DNA of 64,000 bases, from assembly GCA_942492345.1 (NCBI GenBank), contig CALOEK010000002.1:400104-464103 (forward strand), written 5' to 3'. Numbering within the stretch: position 1 is the stretch's first letter; every line of letters starts with the position of its first letter. Shown piece after piece: positions 10,155 through 21,900 of this stretch. The notes under the pieces were generated by a model. It was not told the DNA's origin. It saw only the letters and a program-made list of their open reading frames with translations, and did not search any database. The translations under genes were made by a program, and so were the position numbers. This DNA comes from an uncultured Gammaproteobacteria bacterium (GTDB lineage: Bacteria > Pseudomonadota > Gammaproteobacteria > Pseudomonadales > IMCC2047).

Positions 10155-10400
10155 ATGGTAGTTATCAGATTGTCTCGTGGCGGCTCCAAAAAGCGCCCAT
10201 TTTATCATTTGACTGTTGCAGATCAGCGTAATGCACGTGACGGCCGTTTTATTGAGCGTGTTGGATTCTTTAATCCAGTTGCTCGTGGTCAAGAAGAGCG
10301 TCTTCGTATCGCTCGGGAACGTGTTGATTATTGGGTGAGCAAAGGCGCTCAACCTTCTGATCGTGTGGCTGCTTTGTTAAAAGAGTCAGCTAAAGCCTGA
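10155..10400 (+). CDS. rpsP: 30S ribosomal protein S16
   Basis: [18 protein letters not shown]-terminus with an AAGGA SD. Confidence 0.97.
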   Translation: MVVIRLSRGGSKKRPFYHLTVADQRNARDGRFIERVGFFNPVARGQEERLRIARERVDYWVSKGAQPSDRVAALLKESAKA

Positions 10401-10409
10401 TATTAAATT

Positions 10410-10955
10410 ATGTCTCAATCATCACAGGATGATCTGGTTGTACTCGGCCAAATCGGCGCAGCGTACGGCATTAAAGGTTGGGTGAAGATCAATTCTCACA
10501 CTGAACCTAAAGCAGGCATCTTTGACTATGATGGTTGGTTGATTAAGTCTGGACGTGATTGGAAGCCGGTTAAGCTGGCGGCCTCGCGACAGCATGGTAA
10601 AGGACTGGTCGCGCAACTTGAGGGTTGTAGTGATCGCAATGCCGCGGAGCTGCTAAAGAATGCGGAAATTGCAGTTAGGTCCAGCCAGTTACCTGAACTG
10701 GAAAGTGGTGAGTATTACTGGAGTCAGCTGGAAGGTCTCAGTGTGATAACCCGTGATGCGCAGGGCAACGATGTTTTGTTGGGCAAGGTTAGTCATTTAA
10801 TGGCAACTGGCTCGAATGATGTGTTAGTTGTTCGGGGTTGTGAAGGCAGCCTTGATGAACGTGAGCGTTTATTGCCACTGGTGATGGAACATGTGGTCAA
10901 ACAGATCGACCTTGATGCAGGGCAGATGAAGGTTGACTGGGATCCGGAGTTTTAA
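10410..10955 (+). CDS. rimM: ribosome maturation factor RimM
   Basis: 181 aa with the [16 protein letters not shown] motif and conserved operon position. Confidence 0.95.
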   Translation: MSQSSQDDLVVLGQIGAAYGIKGWVKINSHTEPKAGIFDYDGWLIKSGRDWKPVKLAASRQHGKGLVAQLEGCSDRNAAELLKNAEIAVRSSQLPELESGEYYWSQLEGLSVITRDAQGNDVLLGKVSHLMATGSNDVLVVRGCEGSLDERERLLPLVMEHVVKQIDLDAGQMKVDWDPEF

Positions 10956-10957
10956 CG

Positions 10958-11692
10958 GTGTGGTTCGGGGTGGTTACCCTGTTTCCAGAAATGTTCAGCT
11001 CGATAACCGGGCAGGGTGTGACAGGACGCGCAGTTAAACGCGGGACAGTGCAAGCTGAGTTTTGGAATCCTCGTGATTTCACAACGGACAAGCATCACAC
11101 GGTGGATGATCGGCCTTACGGCGGTGGTCCCGGCATGTTGATGAAGGTGCAGCCGCTTCGTGATGCAATTGCAGCAGCGAAAGAGGCCGCCGGAGAAGGC
11201 GCCAAAGTGGCATATTTGTCACCCATTGGTCGCAAGCTCGATCAACAGGCTGTACGTGAGCTGGCACAACGCGACAAGCTGATTCTTGTTGCCGGGCGCT
11301 ACGAAGGCATTGATGAACGTGTAATTGAAGCGGACATTGATGAGCAGTGGTCAATCGGTGATTTTGTATTGAGCGGTGGCGAATTGGCAGCCATGGTGAT
11401 GATCGACGCGGTAACGCGTTGGGTGCCAGGCGTACTTGGGCATGAGGATTCTGCACAGCAGGATTCGTTTGCTGAAGGCTTACTGGATTGTCAGCACTAT
11501 ACGCGACCTGAGGTATTGGATGGCCAGCAAGTGCCGGATGTATTGCTAAGCGGTAATCACGAATTGATTCGTCGCTGGCGATTACAGCAGTCACTGGGCC
11601 GGACCTGGATGCACAGACCAGACTTGATTGAACAGGCAGAATTGAACGAAGAGCAGCAGGCGTTGCTGGAAGAATTTAAACGGGCTCAATAA
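10958..11692 (+). CDS. trmD: tRNA (guanine37-N1)-methyltransferase TrmD
   Basis: VVTLFPEMF...[11 protein letters not shown] motifs. Confidence 0.97.
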   Translation: MWFGVVTLFPEMFSSITGQGVTGRAVKRGTVQAEFWNPRDFTTDKHHTVDDRPYGGGPGMLMKVQPLRDAIAAAKEAAGEGAKVAYLSPIGRKLDQQAVRELAQRDKLILVAGRYEGIDERVIEADIDEQWSIGDFVLSGGELAAMVMIDAVTRWVPGVLGHEDSAQQDSFAEGLLDCQHYTRPEVLDGQQVPDVLLSGNHELIRRWRLQQSLGRTWMHRPDLIEQAELNEEQQALLEEFKRAQ

Positions 11693-11750
11693 CAAGTGGC
11701 CCACCAAGATTGAAAATTTGGCTATTACGATAGCTGGTTAGGAGCAAGCA

Positions 11751-12113
11751 ATGAGCGGAAAAAATAAAATTATTCAGGCGTTAGAAGCAGAGCAAACTGG
11801 CGCTGAAATTCCTTCTTTTGCACCGGGTGATACCGTTGTTGTACAAGTAAAAGTTAAGGAAGGCACGCGTGAGCGTCTGCAGGCCTATGAAGGCGTTGTT
11901 ATCGGTATTCGTAACCGTGGCATCAACTCTGCATTCACTGTACGTAAAATCTCCCACGGTGTAGGCGTTGAGCGTACATTCCAGACTTACAGCAAGCAGA
12001 TCGATAGCATTGCCGTTAAGCGTCGTGGTGATGTACGTCAAGCTAAATTGTACTACCTGCGTGACCTCTCTGGTCGTGCTGCACGTATTAAGGAAAAACT
12101 TAACGTTAAATAA
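11751..12113 (+). CDS. rplS: 50S ribosomal protein L19
   Basis: 120 aa with [25 protein letters not shown]. Confidence 0.97.
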   Translation: MSGKNKIIQALEAEQTGAEIPSFAPGDTVVVQVKVKEGTRERLQAYEGVVIGIRNRGINSAFTVRKISHGVGVERTFQTYSKQIDSIAVKRRGDVRQAKLYYLRDLSGRAARIKEKLNVK

Positions 12114-12160
12114 GATTAACGTTGGTGAAAGCTTAATACTCAGTACGTTGGGTGTAAAAA

Positions 12161-12189
12161 ACGGGCAGATTATCTGTCCGTTTTTTTTT
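12161..12189 (+). terminator. intrinsic terminator after rplS
   Basis: acgggcagat-t-atctgtccgt stem followed by a T9 run. Confidence 0.85.
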
Positions 12190-12296
12190 GCTTGGCATAT
12201 TTGTTTGCTACAGTTAGGGCGCTATGAACCAAATCTGAGAATGCGCTTCTAACAGGCGTACTTTGGCGGATTGAATTTTATTTAATAGGAATGAAT

Positions 12297-13037
12297 ATGC
12301 GGTTATTTAGACGGGTGTTGATGGTGTGTGGATTGAGTGTCGTGACAGCGGGTGCTTGGGCAGATAACGCTGCGATAGATACGGAAATCGAACAATTAAT
12401 CATCGATAAGCTACAGCAAGCGGTGCCGCAAATTCCGATGGTGGGGATTCAGCAGAGTCCGTTAGTTGGGGTGTATGAGGTGACGTTGGGTAACGGTGAG
12501 CGTGTTTTTGTTTCGCAAGACGCCAGCTATTTTGTCGCTGGGGATATGTTTCAGCTGAGTGAGAAGGGGTTAGTTAATCTTACTAATGCCAAGCGTGACT
12601 TGGTTAGAGCGGATCGTATTGCGGCCGTTGATTCGTCAGACAAAATCACCTATTCACCTAAAACAAGAAAAGCCTCGATTACTGTTTTTACTGATGTTGA
12701 CTGTGGCTATTGTCAAAAACTACACCGTGAAATGGCGGATTATCTGGATGCGGGCATTGAAGTGAGTTATTTGGCTTATCCGCGGGCAGGTGTGGGTAGT
12801 TCTTCTTACGATAAGATTGTTAAGGCTTGGTGTGCTAAAGATAAAAATGACGCAATGACACGCTTGAAATCGGGTCAATCGGTTAATAGTGCAAGCTGTG
12901 ATAATCCTGTGGCTGACCAGTATCAGATGGCCGTTGATTTAGGTATCAGAGGTACGCCAGCAATTATCCTTGAGTCAGGCCAGCTAGTTTCTGGGTATCG
13001 CCCGGCGGCTGAGTTAGAGAAAATTTTAGGTCTGTAA
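12297..13037 (+). CDS. dsbC: thiol:disulfide interchange protein DsbC
   Basis: Signal peptide, dimerisation domain and CGYC active site. I prefer the second ATG for SD spacing (AGGA at 12287-12290). Confidence 0.9.
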   Translation: MRLFRRVLMVCGLSVVTAGAWADNAAIDTEIEQLIIDKLQQAVPQIPMVGIQQSPLVGVYEVTLGNGERVFVSQDASYFVAGDMFQLSEKGLVNLTNAKRDLVRADRIAAVDSSDKITYSPKTRKASITVFTDVDCGYCQKLHREMADYLDAGIEVSYLAYPRAGVGSSSYDKIVKAWCAKDKNDAMTRLKSGQSVNSASCDNPVADQYQMAVDLGIRGTPAIILESGQLVSGYRPAAELEKILGL

Positions 13038-13051
13038 TAATGGCAAGTCTC

Positions 13052-13110
13052 AACCACTAATGGTTTAGTGGTTACCACCTCTTAATGCCGCCCCTGTTGC
13101 GGCATTATTT
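13052..13110 (+). terminator. two tandem hairpins after dsbC (probable terminator)
   Basis: aaccactaa-tggt-ttagtggtt, then aatgccgc-ccctgtt-gcggcatt followed by attt. Confidence 0.6.
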
Positions 13111-13265
13111 AAAGGCTTAGGCCCTTTGTATTTTCTTCGTTTATCTCTACAATATGCGGTCTTATTTGACGCAGGCTTTTAGGGTCTGTGTATGGGGGGT
13201 GGTTAGCGCGCCAGTGCTGATTTAAATCCCTTAAATCAAACTGTTATTTGTAAAGAGGGCGTCTC

Positions 13266-14570
13266 TTGAAACCTGTTAATGTTGGAATTTGTGGCCTAGG
13301 CACCGTTGGTGGCGGGACCTTCAATGTATTAAAACGCAATGCCAGTGAAATCTCACGTCGTGCCGGTCGTGACATTGTGGTTTCTCATGTGGGTATGCGC
13401 CAAACTAAAGCAGGGTTTGATTTTGACGGCTGCACCATTAGTAGCGACATTTTTGATGTTGCTCGTGACCCGTCAGTGGACGTTGTTTGTGAGCTGATCG
13501 GTGGTTACGACATTGCCTTTGAACTGGTGATGACAGCGATTGAAAACGGTAAGCACGTGGTAACGGCCAATAAGGCATTAATTGCGGAGCGTGGTAATGA
13601 GATTTTTGCTGCCGCAAAAGCCAAGGGTGTTGTAGTTGCCTATGAAGCAGCGGTTGCAGGTGGCATCCCTATCATCAAGGCAGTTCGTGAAGGCTTTGCG
13701 GGTAACAAAATCAACTGGCTGGCGGGCATTATCAACGGCACCGGTAACTTCATCCTGACAGAAATGCGTGATAAGGGCCGTTCCTTCGAGGACGTGCTGA
13801 AAGAAGCGCAGGAGTTGGGTTACGCTGAAGCGGACCCTACTTTTGACGTGGAAGGCATCGATGCCTGTCACAAATTGACGATTCTTTCTTCAATTGCCTT
13901 CGGCATTCCTCTGCAGTTTGAAAAAGCTTACACCGAGGGCATTAGCGAAATTACTGCTCAGGACGTGACCTATGCTGAAGAGCTAGGCTATCGCATCAAG
14001 CATCTGGGTATCAGTAAGCGTACCGACAGTGGTATTGAGCTGCGTGTTCATCCAACCCTGGTACCTGAAACACGCTTGCTGGCGAATGTTGATGGCGTGA
14101 TGAATGCCGTCGTCGTACACGGCGATGCCGTAGGTCCAACACTTCATTACGGCGCTGGCGCTGGCGCGGAGCCAACCGCTTCAGCTGTCGTTGCTGATAT
14201 CGTTGATGTTGTACGAGCACTGGATCTGAATGACGTGCAGCGTGTGCCGCCGCTAGGTTTCCATGACCAGCAAATGGATTTACCGATTCTGCCAATCGAA
14301 GCGATTGAAAGTGCTTATTACCTGCGTCTGCAAGTTGAAGATCGCGCGGGTGTAATGGCTGACGTTGCTAAAATTCTTGGCGAGCAAGACATCAGTATGG
14401 AAGCCATTCTTCAGAAAGAACCTGAAGAAATTGGTGGCGAAGCGAGCATTATTTTGCTGACGCGCAAAGTGCTTGAAAGCAACATGAACAGTGCTATTCA
14501 GGCCATTGAAGCGTTGAGCTCAACACGCGGTAAAGTTATGCGCATCCGTGTTGAAACGCTGAAAGATTAA
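13266..14570 (+). CDS. hom: homoserine dehydrogenase
   Basis: 434 aa with a GLGTVGGG NAD site and a C-terminal ACT domain. TTG start. Confidence 0.93.
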   Translation: MKPVNVGICGLGTVGGGTFNVLKRNASEISRRAGRDIVVSHVGMRQTKAGFDFDGCTISSDIFDVARDPSVDVVCELIGGYDIAFELVMTAIENGKHVVTANKALIAERGNEIFAAAKAKGVVVAYEAAVAGGIPIIKAVREGFAGNKINWLAGIINGTGNFILTEMRDKGRSFEDVLKEAQELGYAEADPTFDVEGIDACHKLTILSSIAFGIPLQFEKAYTEGISEITAQDVTYAEELGYRIKHLGISKRTDSGIELRVHPTLVPETRLLANVDGVMNAVVVHGDAVGPTLHYGAGAGAEPTASAVVADIVDVVRALDLNDVQRVPPLGFHDQQMDLPILPIEAIESAYYLRLQVEDRAGVMADVAKILGEQDISMEAILQKEPEEIGGEASIILLTRKVLESNMNSAIQAIEALSSTRGKVMRIRVETLKD

Positions 14571-14630
14571 AATAGCGATTTGTTTAGTTAGGTCAGACAT
14601 TTTTTAAAGAACAGCGGGAATAAAAATTCA

Positions 14631-16016
14631 GTGAAATATATCAGTACGCGCGGCCAGGCTCCGGCCTTACAGTTTGAAGATGTCCTGTTGACCGGTTTGG
14701 CCAGTGATGGCGGCCTGTATGTGCCAGAAACATTGCCGCACTATAGCATTGACGAAATCGCTTCCTGGTCTGGACTGAGTTATGCCGAGCTGGCCTATAA
14801 AGTGATTCAGCCTTTTGTTGATGGTGCAGTTCCTGATGCGGATCTAAAAGATCTGATTGATGAAACCTATGCCGGTTTTGATCATGACGCCGTTGCGCCT
14901 CTGAAGCAGTTGGGTCATAACGAATGGGTGATGGAGTTATTCCATGGCCCAACGTTAGCGTTTAAAGATTTTGCCCTGCAACTGTTGGGTCGCCTGCTCG
15001 ATTACATCCTGCAGCGTAATAACAAACGTGTTGCCATTGTTGGTGCGACGTCTGGTGATACCGGTTCAGCGGCGATTGAAGGCTGTCGTCGTTGTGACAA
15101 TGTCGATATTTACATCATGCACCCGCACAACCGTGTTTCTGATGTACAGCGCAAGCAGATGACAACGGTGATTGGGGATAACATCCATAATCTGGCGATT
15201 GAAGGTAACTTCGATGATTGTCAGCAAATGGTTAAAGCCTGTTTTGCCGATCAATCTTTCCTGGGTGGTGAGCGTTCGCTGGTAGCGGTGAACTCCATCA
15301 ACTGGGCGCGTATCATGTCGCAAATTGTGTATTACTTCCATGCGGCGCTGTCGCTGGGTGGGCCACATCGTCCTGTTTCCTTCTCGGTACCTACGGGTAA
15401 CTTTGGCGATATTTTTGCTGGTTACTTGGCTAAGAAAATGGGCTTACCAATTGCTCAACTGGTGGTTGCGACCAACAAAAACGATATTCTGCACCGTTGT
15501 ATCAGTAACAACGATTACAGCAAACACACCTTGGATCATACCCTGTCGCCAAGCATGGATATTATGGTGTCCAGCAACTTCGAGCGACTGCTGTTTGATA
15601 TGTATGATCGTGACGGTGCGGCTGTATCGAATCTGATTGAGCGTTTTGCTGGTGGTTCAGCTGAGCTGGATCAAACGGCGTGGCAGCGAATCAGCGAACT
15701 GTTTGATAGCTACAGTGTTGATGATGATGTGACCTGTGCGACCATCGCTGAAGTGTTTGAAAACACCGGAGAGCTGTTGGATCCGCATACAGCAATTGGC
15801 GTAAAAGCGGCGCGTGAATGTAACCGCGATACGTCGATTCCTATGGTGACGTTGGCGACAGCGCACCCGGTTAAATTCCCTGAAGCAGTACTTAAAGCCG
15901 GTTGTGAAGAGCCTAAACTGCCGCATCACATGGCTGACCTGTTTGAACGTGAAGAACGCTTCCAGGTGGTCGCCAATGATATTAACGCCGTTAAAGCGAT
16001 TGTAACCTCCAGCTAA
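14631..16016 (+). CDS. thrC: threonine synthase
   Basis: 461 aa starting MKYISTRG, with the HGPTLAFKD PLP-lysine motif. GTG start. Confidence 0.95.
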   Translation: MKYISTRGQAPALQFEDVLLTGLASDGGLYVPETLPHYSIDEIASWSGLSYAELAYKVIQPFVDGAVPDADLKDLIDETYAGFDHDAVAPLKQLGHNEWVMELFHGPTLAFKDFALQLLGRLLDYILQRNNKRVAIVGATSGDTGSAAIEGCRRCDNVDIYIMHPHNRVSDVQRKQMTTVIGDNIHNLAIEGNFDDCQQMVKACFADQSFLGGERSLVAVNSINWARIMSQIVYYFHAALSLGGPHRPVSFSVPTGNFGDIFAGYLAKKMGLPIAQLVVATNKNDILHRCISNNDYSKHTLDHTLSPSMDIMVSSNFERLLFDMYDRDGAAVSNLIERFAGGSAELDQTAWQRISELFDSYSVDDDVTCATIAEVFENTGELLDPHTAIGVKAARECNRDTSIPMVTLATAHPVKFPEAVLKAGCEEPKLPHHMADLFEREERFQVVANDINAVKAIVTSS

Positions 16017-16035
16017 TCGCAGCTGACTCGCTTTT

Positions 16036-17781
16036 ATGACAGCAAAACGTATTGTTAAGCGCCCTGTCGATGACGAGGCGCTTAACTCGCTGTCATCTTC
16101 GTTGCCTGATCTCCATCCTGTCTTACAGCGTGTCTACGCGGCACGTGGCATTGCCTCGAAAGATGAGCTGTCGCTTAATCTGAAAGATCTTTTACCCTTC
16201 CATAATCTCAAAGGTATCGATGCCGCCGTTGCGGTCTTGAAAACAGCGCTTGCCGAGCAGCAACATATTCTGATCGTTGGTGACTTTGATTGTGATGGTG
16301 CGACCAGCACCGCGTTGGCCATTCGCGCCTTGCGTTCGATGGGAGCCCAACAGGTCGATTACCTGGTGCCCAATCGTTTTGAATACGGTTATGGCCTGAC
16401 GCCTGAAATCGTTGATGTCGCAAAAACGCAGTCGCCTGATGTCATTGTCACGGTGGATAATGGCATCGCCAGCTTGGCCGGTGTGCAGCGTGCAAAAGAA
16501 GCGGGTATCAAGGTGGTGATAACGGATCACCATTTGGCGGGTGACGAATTGCCGGATGCTGATGCGACCGTAAACCCCAATCAACCCGGTTGTGAGTTTG
16601 GTAGCAAAAATGCGGCTGGTGTGGGTGTTATTTTTTATGTGATGCTGGCACTACGTACGGCGTTGCGTGAAAGCGGCTGGTTTGAAAATCAAAACATCCC
16701 CGAACCTAATTTAGCCGAATTACTCGATTTGGTGGCACTGGGTACGGTCGCCGATGTGGTGCCGCTGGATCACAATAATCGTATTTTGGTGGAGCAGGGC
16801 TTGCGCCGTATGCGCGCGGGTAAATGCTGTGAGGGTATTCTTGCGCTACTACGAGTGGCTGGGCGAGAGCCCGAATACATCGTCTCCAGTGACTTGGGTT
16901 TTGCTGCCGGGCCGCGTCTGAATGCCGCCGGACGGCTCGATGATATGTCGTTCGGCATCGAATGCTTGCTGACGAATGATGCCAGCACGGCAATGGATAT
17001 GGCCCGTGAGTTGGATGATCTTAACCGCCACCGTAAGGATATTGAAGCCGATATGAAGGCGCAGGCCATGGCCAATCTCAATGCCATGGATTTAACGGCT
17101 GAAACCGCCGATGTGGGCCTGTGTTTATATAATCCGGATTGGCATCAGGGTGTTATTGGTATTCTTGCGTCTCGAGTAAAGGAACAATTCCATCGCCCAG
17201 TGATTGCCTTTGCCGATGCTTCTGATGAAGAGATAAAAGGTTCGGCGCGATCCATACCGGGGTTTCATATTCGTGACGCACTGGATGTTGTTGCTAAACG
17301 TCATCCGGAGCTGCTACAAAAATTTGGTGGCCACGCCATGGCGGCAGGTTTGTCGCTTCAGAAAAAAGATTTATCTGCTTTTTCAGCGGCGTTTAATGAG
17401 GTTGCGACTCAGCAATTGAACGCCGATGCCTTACACGCTGAATTACAAACCGACGGTGCCTTGGTGGGTCGTGAATGCAGTATGGAATTGGCCTATTCGC
17501 TCAATCAAGCGGGTCCCTGGGGGCAGGGATTTTTGCAGCCTGTGTTTGAGGGTGAATTCATTATTATTCAGCAGAGACTGGTCGGTGAAAAGCATTTGAA
17601 GTTACAGCTGGTCGATGAACAAAGCGGTCAAAGCCATGATGCTATCGCCTTCTTTATCGATCTGGAGGTTTGGCCTAACGAGGCCAAGCGTGTGAAGCTG
17701 GTTTATAAACTCGACATCAACCGTTTTCGTGGCAATGAAGCGCTGCAGTTGATGGTTGAATATCTACAGCCACTTTTCTAA
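16036..17781 (+). CDS. recJ: single-stranded-DNA-specific exonuclease RecJ
   Basis: 581 aa with DHH motifs (GDFDCDG, DNG, TDHH) and DHHA1 (GGH.MAAG). Confidence 0.95.
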   Translation: MTAKRIVKRPVDDEALNSLSSSLPDLHPVLQRVYAARGIASKDELSLNLKDLLPFHNLKGIDAAVAVLKTALAEQQHILIVGDFDCDGATSTALAIRALRSMGAQQVDYLVPNRFEYGYGLTPEIVDVAKTQSPDVIVTVDNGIASLAGVQRAKEAGIKVVITDHHLAGDELPDADATVNPNQPGCEFGSKNAAGVGVIFYVMLALRTALRESGWFENQNIPEPNLAELLDLVALGTVADVVPLDHNNRILVEQGLRRMRAGKCCEGILALLRVAGREPEYIVSSDLGFAAGPRLNAAGRLDDMSFGIECLLTNDASTAMDMARELDDLNRHRKDIEADMKAQAMANLNAMDLTAETADVGLCLYNPDWHQGVIGILASRVKEQFHRPVIAFADASDEEIKGSARSIPGFHIRDALDVVAKRHPELLQKFGGHAMAAGLSLQKKDLSAFSAAFNEVATQQLNADALHAELQTDGALVGRECSMELAYSLNQAGPWGQGFLQPVFEGEFIIIQQRLVGEKHLKLQLVDEQSGQSHDAIAFFIDLEVWPNEAKRVKLVYKLDINRFRGNEALQLMVEYLQPLF

Positions 17782-17786
17782 ATTAT

Positions 17787-18764
17787 TTATCCCTTGGCTT
17801 GATTGCGCCCGGCCTGTTTCGCTTCATATAAATATTTGTCCGCTTTGGCAACGACATCCTGCCAGCTTTTTTCTTTTAACTCTTGTGGCGCGATATAGCC
17901 CACACCTGCACTGAGGGTGATTTTGTTGAACGGGCTTTTTTCGTGGGATAGGTTCAAATTAGCAAAATACTGGATCTGACGTTGCGCTGATCCAAGTGTC
18001 TGTTTGTCGTTAGCGCCAGAGAGTATCAGTAGGATTTCTTCGCCACCGTAGCGATATAAGCGGTCGGCACCACGCGTCACCGATTTTAATTGTTTAGCAA
18101 CTTCCCTTAACGCGTCGTCACCTGCGTGGTGGCCGTAGTGATCGTTATAATTTTTGAAATAATCGATATCAAACAGGATAACGGCATAGTCTTGCTGGTT
18201 ACGAATAGCCTGCTCGTGAGTGTGATGCAGGTCGGCTTCCATGGCACGTCGATTGCCAATACACATGAGGTGATCTTCCATGGAAAGTAGTAACAATTCC
18301 TGATTTTTTTCGGCTAAATCGCGTGTTTTTTCAGCAACGGAGTTTTCGAGCTGCTCGGCCTGTAACTCGATGAGGTGAACGTAGGCGTTAGTGAGGTCTG
18401 TGTGCGTGATAAGTCCAACCAGTTCGTTGCTGGCGTTGATTACGGGTAGATGCCTCACCTTTTCAGCGCGGCTAACGACAATCGCTTCGTAGAAGGAATC
18501 GTTCTCTTCTAAGGTGGTAATGGGGCTGGTCATTACGTTAGCGACCGAGATATGCTGTAGATCCTGATGTGCCTGCGGGCTATGAAGTACTTTTACCAGA
18601 TCACGTTCAGTAATGATGCCGACTGGGGTGTTATTTTCAGTCACCAGGATGCAAGAAACACGCTGTGAGATCATCAAGTCGATGACTTGAAGAAGCGGAC
18701 TGCCGGGTGATACGTGTGTGACTTGGCGGGTCATCAGTGAATCGACAGTAATGTCTTGTAACAT
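17787..18764 (-). CDS. CBS-pair + GGDEF diguanylate cyclase (GGEEI active site, RxxD I-site)
   Basis: 325 aa. Two CBS motifs at the N-terminus, a coiled linker, then GGDEF with RGADRLYRYGGEEIL. Confidence 0.9.
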   Translation of the reverse strand: MLQDITVDSLMTRQVTHVSPGSPLLQVIDLMISQRVSCILVTENNTPVGIITERDLVKVLHSPQAHQDLQHISVANVMTSPITTLEENDSFYEAIVVSRAEKVRHLPVINASNELVGLITHTDLTNAYVHLIELQAEQLENSVAEKTRDLAEKNQELLLLSMEDHLMCIGNRRAMEADLHHTHEQAIRNQQDYAVILFDIDYFKNYNDHYGHHAGDDALREVAKQLKSVTRGADRLYRYGGEEILLILSGANDKQTLGSAQRQIQYFANLNLSHEKSPFNKITLSAGVGYIAPQELKEKSWQDVVAKADKYLYEAKQAGRNQAKG

Positions 18765-18915
18765 AAAAGCTCAGGTTGTATTGGTGTTGTAGAGTTAGAT
18801 CCAGTTACAGGCCTAGCGTTAAGGCTGACTCATATCCCTGAGTATTAATTATTACTTATAGTTGAATAATTTTAGGCTGTCGCGTATTTAAGCTTTATAC
18901 CTATAAAAACGAGGG

Positions 18916-21900
18916 TTATTCAAACTGCTCACGCCAATAAATAATGCGGTCGTTGCCGCGATATTGGCCAAAAAAGGCTTGGGCTGTCGGTGTGTCGTCG
19001 CTGGCGTTGCCGTCAAAGTCATATTTTAGCCAGTCGGGCACATTGAGATTGATGTTCAGTGGGCCACTTTTATTGGGAGCTCCCAGTGTTAGGGATGCAG
19101 TACCCATTACCAGTGGTTGATAGGTAACAGAGGGTAGGTTGGCAGGGGTTAGCGAGTCAGTTCCATCGGCGTCGGAGATGGTGAAGTCACTGACAACAAA
19201 CTGGCTGCCGGGGCAGGCGCTGTCAATCGTGTTGGTGATAAAGGCTAAGCCGTCCCAGTATTCGGCCCGTAGTGGCACTTTAAGATCTAAAACTTCGGGG
19301 CCAAAGGCGTTATCAAGAACGATACGGCCAAAGCGTTGAGTGCTGCTGCCAACTAACACGTGATCGTTAGGTGCTGAGTTGTTGGTATCTAGGTTTCTGT
19401 CTGAAACGCTTACGGTGACCAAGTCTTCATCTGTAGGTAAAACACCAATCTGTGCTGTAAAGGGGCCGTCGGCAATTGAGTTGCCAGGTGTGCCTGTGTC
19501 TAATCGTGCCAGATTTAAAGTCGAGGTAATGGTTCCTGTGCCGTTGTTATTCCAGCTGAAACTGCTGGTATTAACGGGTGTTAAGCGGCCACTTAATAAG
19601 GTCGGGCCGCTGTTATCGATAGCGCCGAAATCAATACTCCCCAGCGCTGGCGTGGCGGATGTGTCCAGACGAATGAAATCATCACGGTAGTTAGTGGTGC
19701 TGACGCCTGCGGTGTTTTTTGCCGTTAGTAAGTAACTCGCGGTGAAGTTTTGGCCAAGATAACTGAAACCGCCGGCGTTGCAGGCTTCGGTGACTAAACC
19801 GTTGCTGACTGTAAAGTGGTCGGGGTAAAAACGGCCGATATTGGCGCTGGTTGAGGCGGCAATGGTTTCACCTAGGTAACTCGGTGGTGTGGCTGTCAGG
19901 GTAAATGCACCTACTTCCGATACACTTTGATTGGCAATGTTATGAATGCCATTGTCGGCTGCCGCCACATTAAAACCAGTAATGCCGAGACTGGCATTGG
20001 TACCGGGCGTGGGTGCTACTAAATTTGAGGCCAGGGTAATGCCGTTAAGCTGGAAATTAGGCGTGATGCTGTTACCGGTACAAAAATCAGCATGAATTTC
20101 TCCGCTCGTTTGCCAGCCAACAGCAGAGATGCGTAAGTTGAAGGCTTCGCCTGCCTTTTTGAAGGTGCTACAACTTGCGTCTCCTGATGAGCAGCTAGAG
20201 TTTATTTCAGTCGCTTCCACACATAAACCGGCCGGTTTAACCACAAAACTGTTACTGGTACCTGTCATAAAATTGCCTGAGGCACTGCCATTACCGAGCG
20301 GGATGTTATAGCGTGCGTGAAGGCGGATTTGTCCGGCATCGGGGTAATTAAATTTGAAGGTGGCTGTGGTGTCGGTGGCGTTGCCGAAATCGAGAGCAAC
20401 GGGCAAGTAGGTACTTATAGGACCATTGTTGTTTGCGCCTATATCTGTGCCGTTAATAGCGACTGAAGAACTCGTACAGCTGCTCGGATTAAGGCACTCA
20501 AACGCGAGGTCGATGTTGTTATTGTTAACCAATGCCGCTTCGCATGCACCTGTAATCGGGCTGGTGCGAATGGCTTGTAATTCCAGGGTTTGTGCGCCGG
20601 GACCTGTGTTGGAGTCTTTGCCTGATATCTGTACCCCAATCGCGTTGGGGGTGTTATCAGCAAGGAAACGGAATCCTGTCTCATTGAAGGAGAGATTTTG
20701 ATCTTCCGACGTTAAAGCGGTGCCGCTGGTTTCCGAAATACTGCCGTCACTGACATTGATGTTCAGGGTTTCAATTGCTGTGTTTTTTAATCCTAGCCTG
20801 ACGCTGCCGTTATCACTGGCGACAAAGGTATAGCTAGCTGCGCCATCATTAGCTGTTGCGTTATTCAGTGTACCGTTGCCACTAATGAGTGACCAATCAC
20901 CGCGGTTGGTTGATGTGCTTAAATTAATAGTTTGACGATAACTTGTGTCTATCATGTGATCGCTACGGTGGGCGATTACGTCAACAGGCTCAGCGGCACA
21001 GGTAAACGCACTGCCGCTGTGATTAAGGCTCAAATGATCCAGCGCTGCACCACAGTTGCGAGGGGCGCCGTTCCAGTTATTGCCAGCAAGGTTGTTGTTA
21101 TAGATGCTTTGAATTTCGGGTATCGTTAAGGCGCCGTCGAAGACTATCATTTCATCGATAAGGCCCTCCCAATCCTGGTTGACGGCAAAACCTCCGCCAA
21201 GGCTGTCTTGCTCTTGTCCAATAATTAAGCCGCCAGCGGCAATGTTTAATGTTGCAGAAGAACGGGTGTTGCAGCCTTGCAATACACCATCCCGGTATAG
21301 GCAGTTTTGAGAGCCAGAGCGTGTCCAAACATAATGGTGCCATTGATTGTCAGACATGTTTGGAATAGATGTGCTTCCACCACTGTTTGACCCCTTCAAA
21401 TAAGAGGAGAATGTAGAGGCATTAGGGAAGAACATAATGAGTTCGTTATGCTGGAATCCTGTTGAGCCGGATACCATTGTTTGGGCGCCTCCGGCGGCGG
21501 TTTTGCCCCACAACGAAAGTGTGAAATCACTGACACCGTTAAACGCGCCGTTGTTTAAAGAAAGATAATCGCTTGTGCTGTTGGTAGTTAAATCAGCGGC
21601 ATTGCAGACCAGACCCGTGGTAGGCGTGCTGTTAAAAGCGGTGCCGTGATAATTGTTGGGGCTACTGTCCAGGATTTCATTGGCTGTGCCATTCCAGCTT
21701 GCCTCGTCAAATCGCCATTCGGCTCTTGGTATGCCGGGGCAGGGCTGCCTTTCGTTCATCAGTTGGCTTATTTCAGCGCCAGATAATGCGCCTTGATGAA
21801 CCGTTATTTGATCAATAAGTCCGTTAAAACGCCAATTAGCGGTGGCTTCGCTGCCTGCGTTATTTGTTTCGCCACCGATGCTGGCTCTACCAGAGTCATT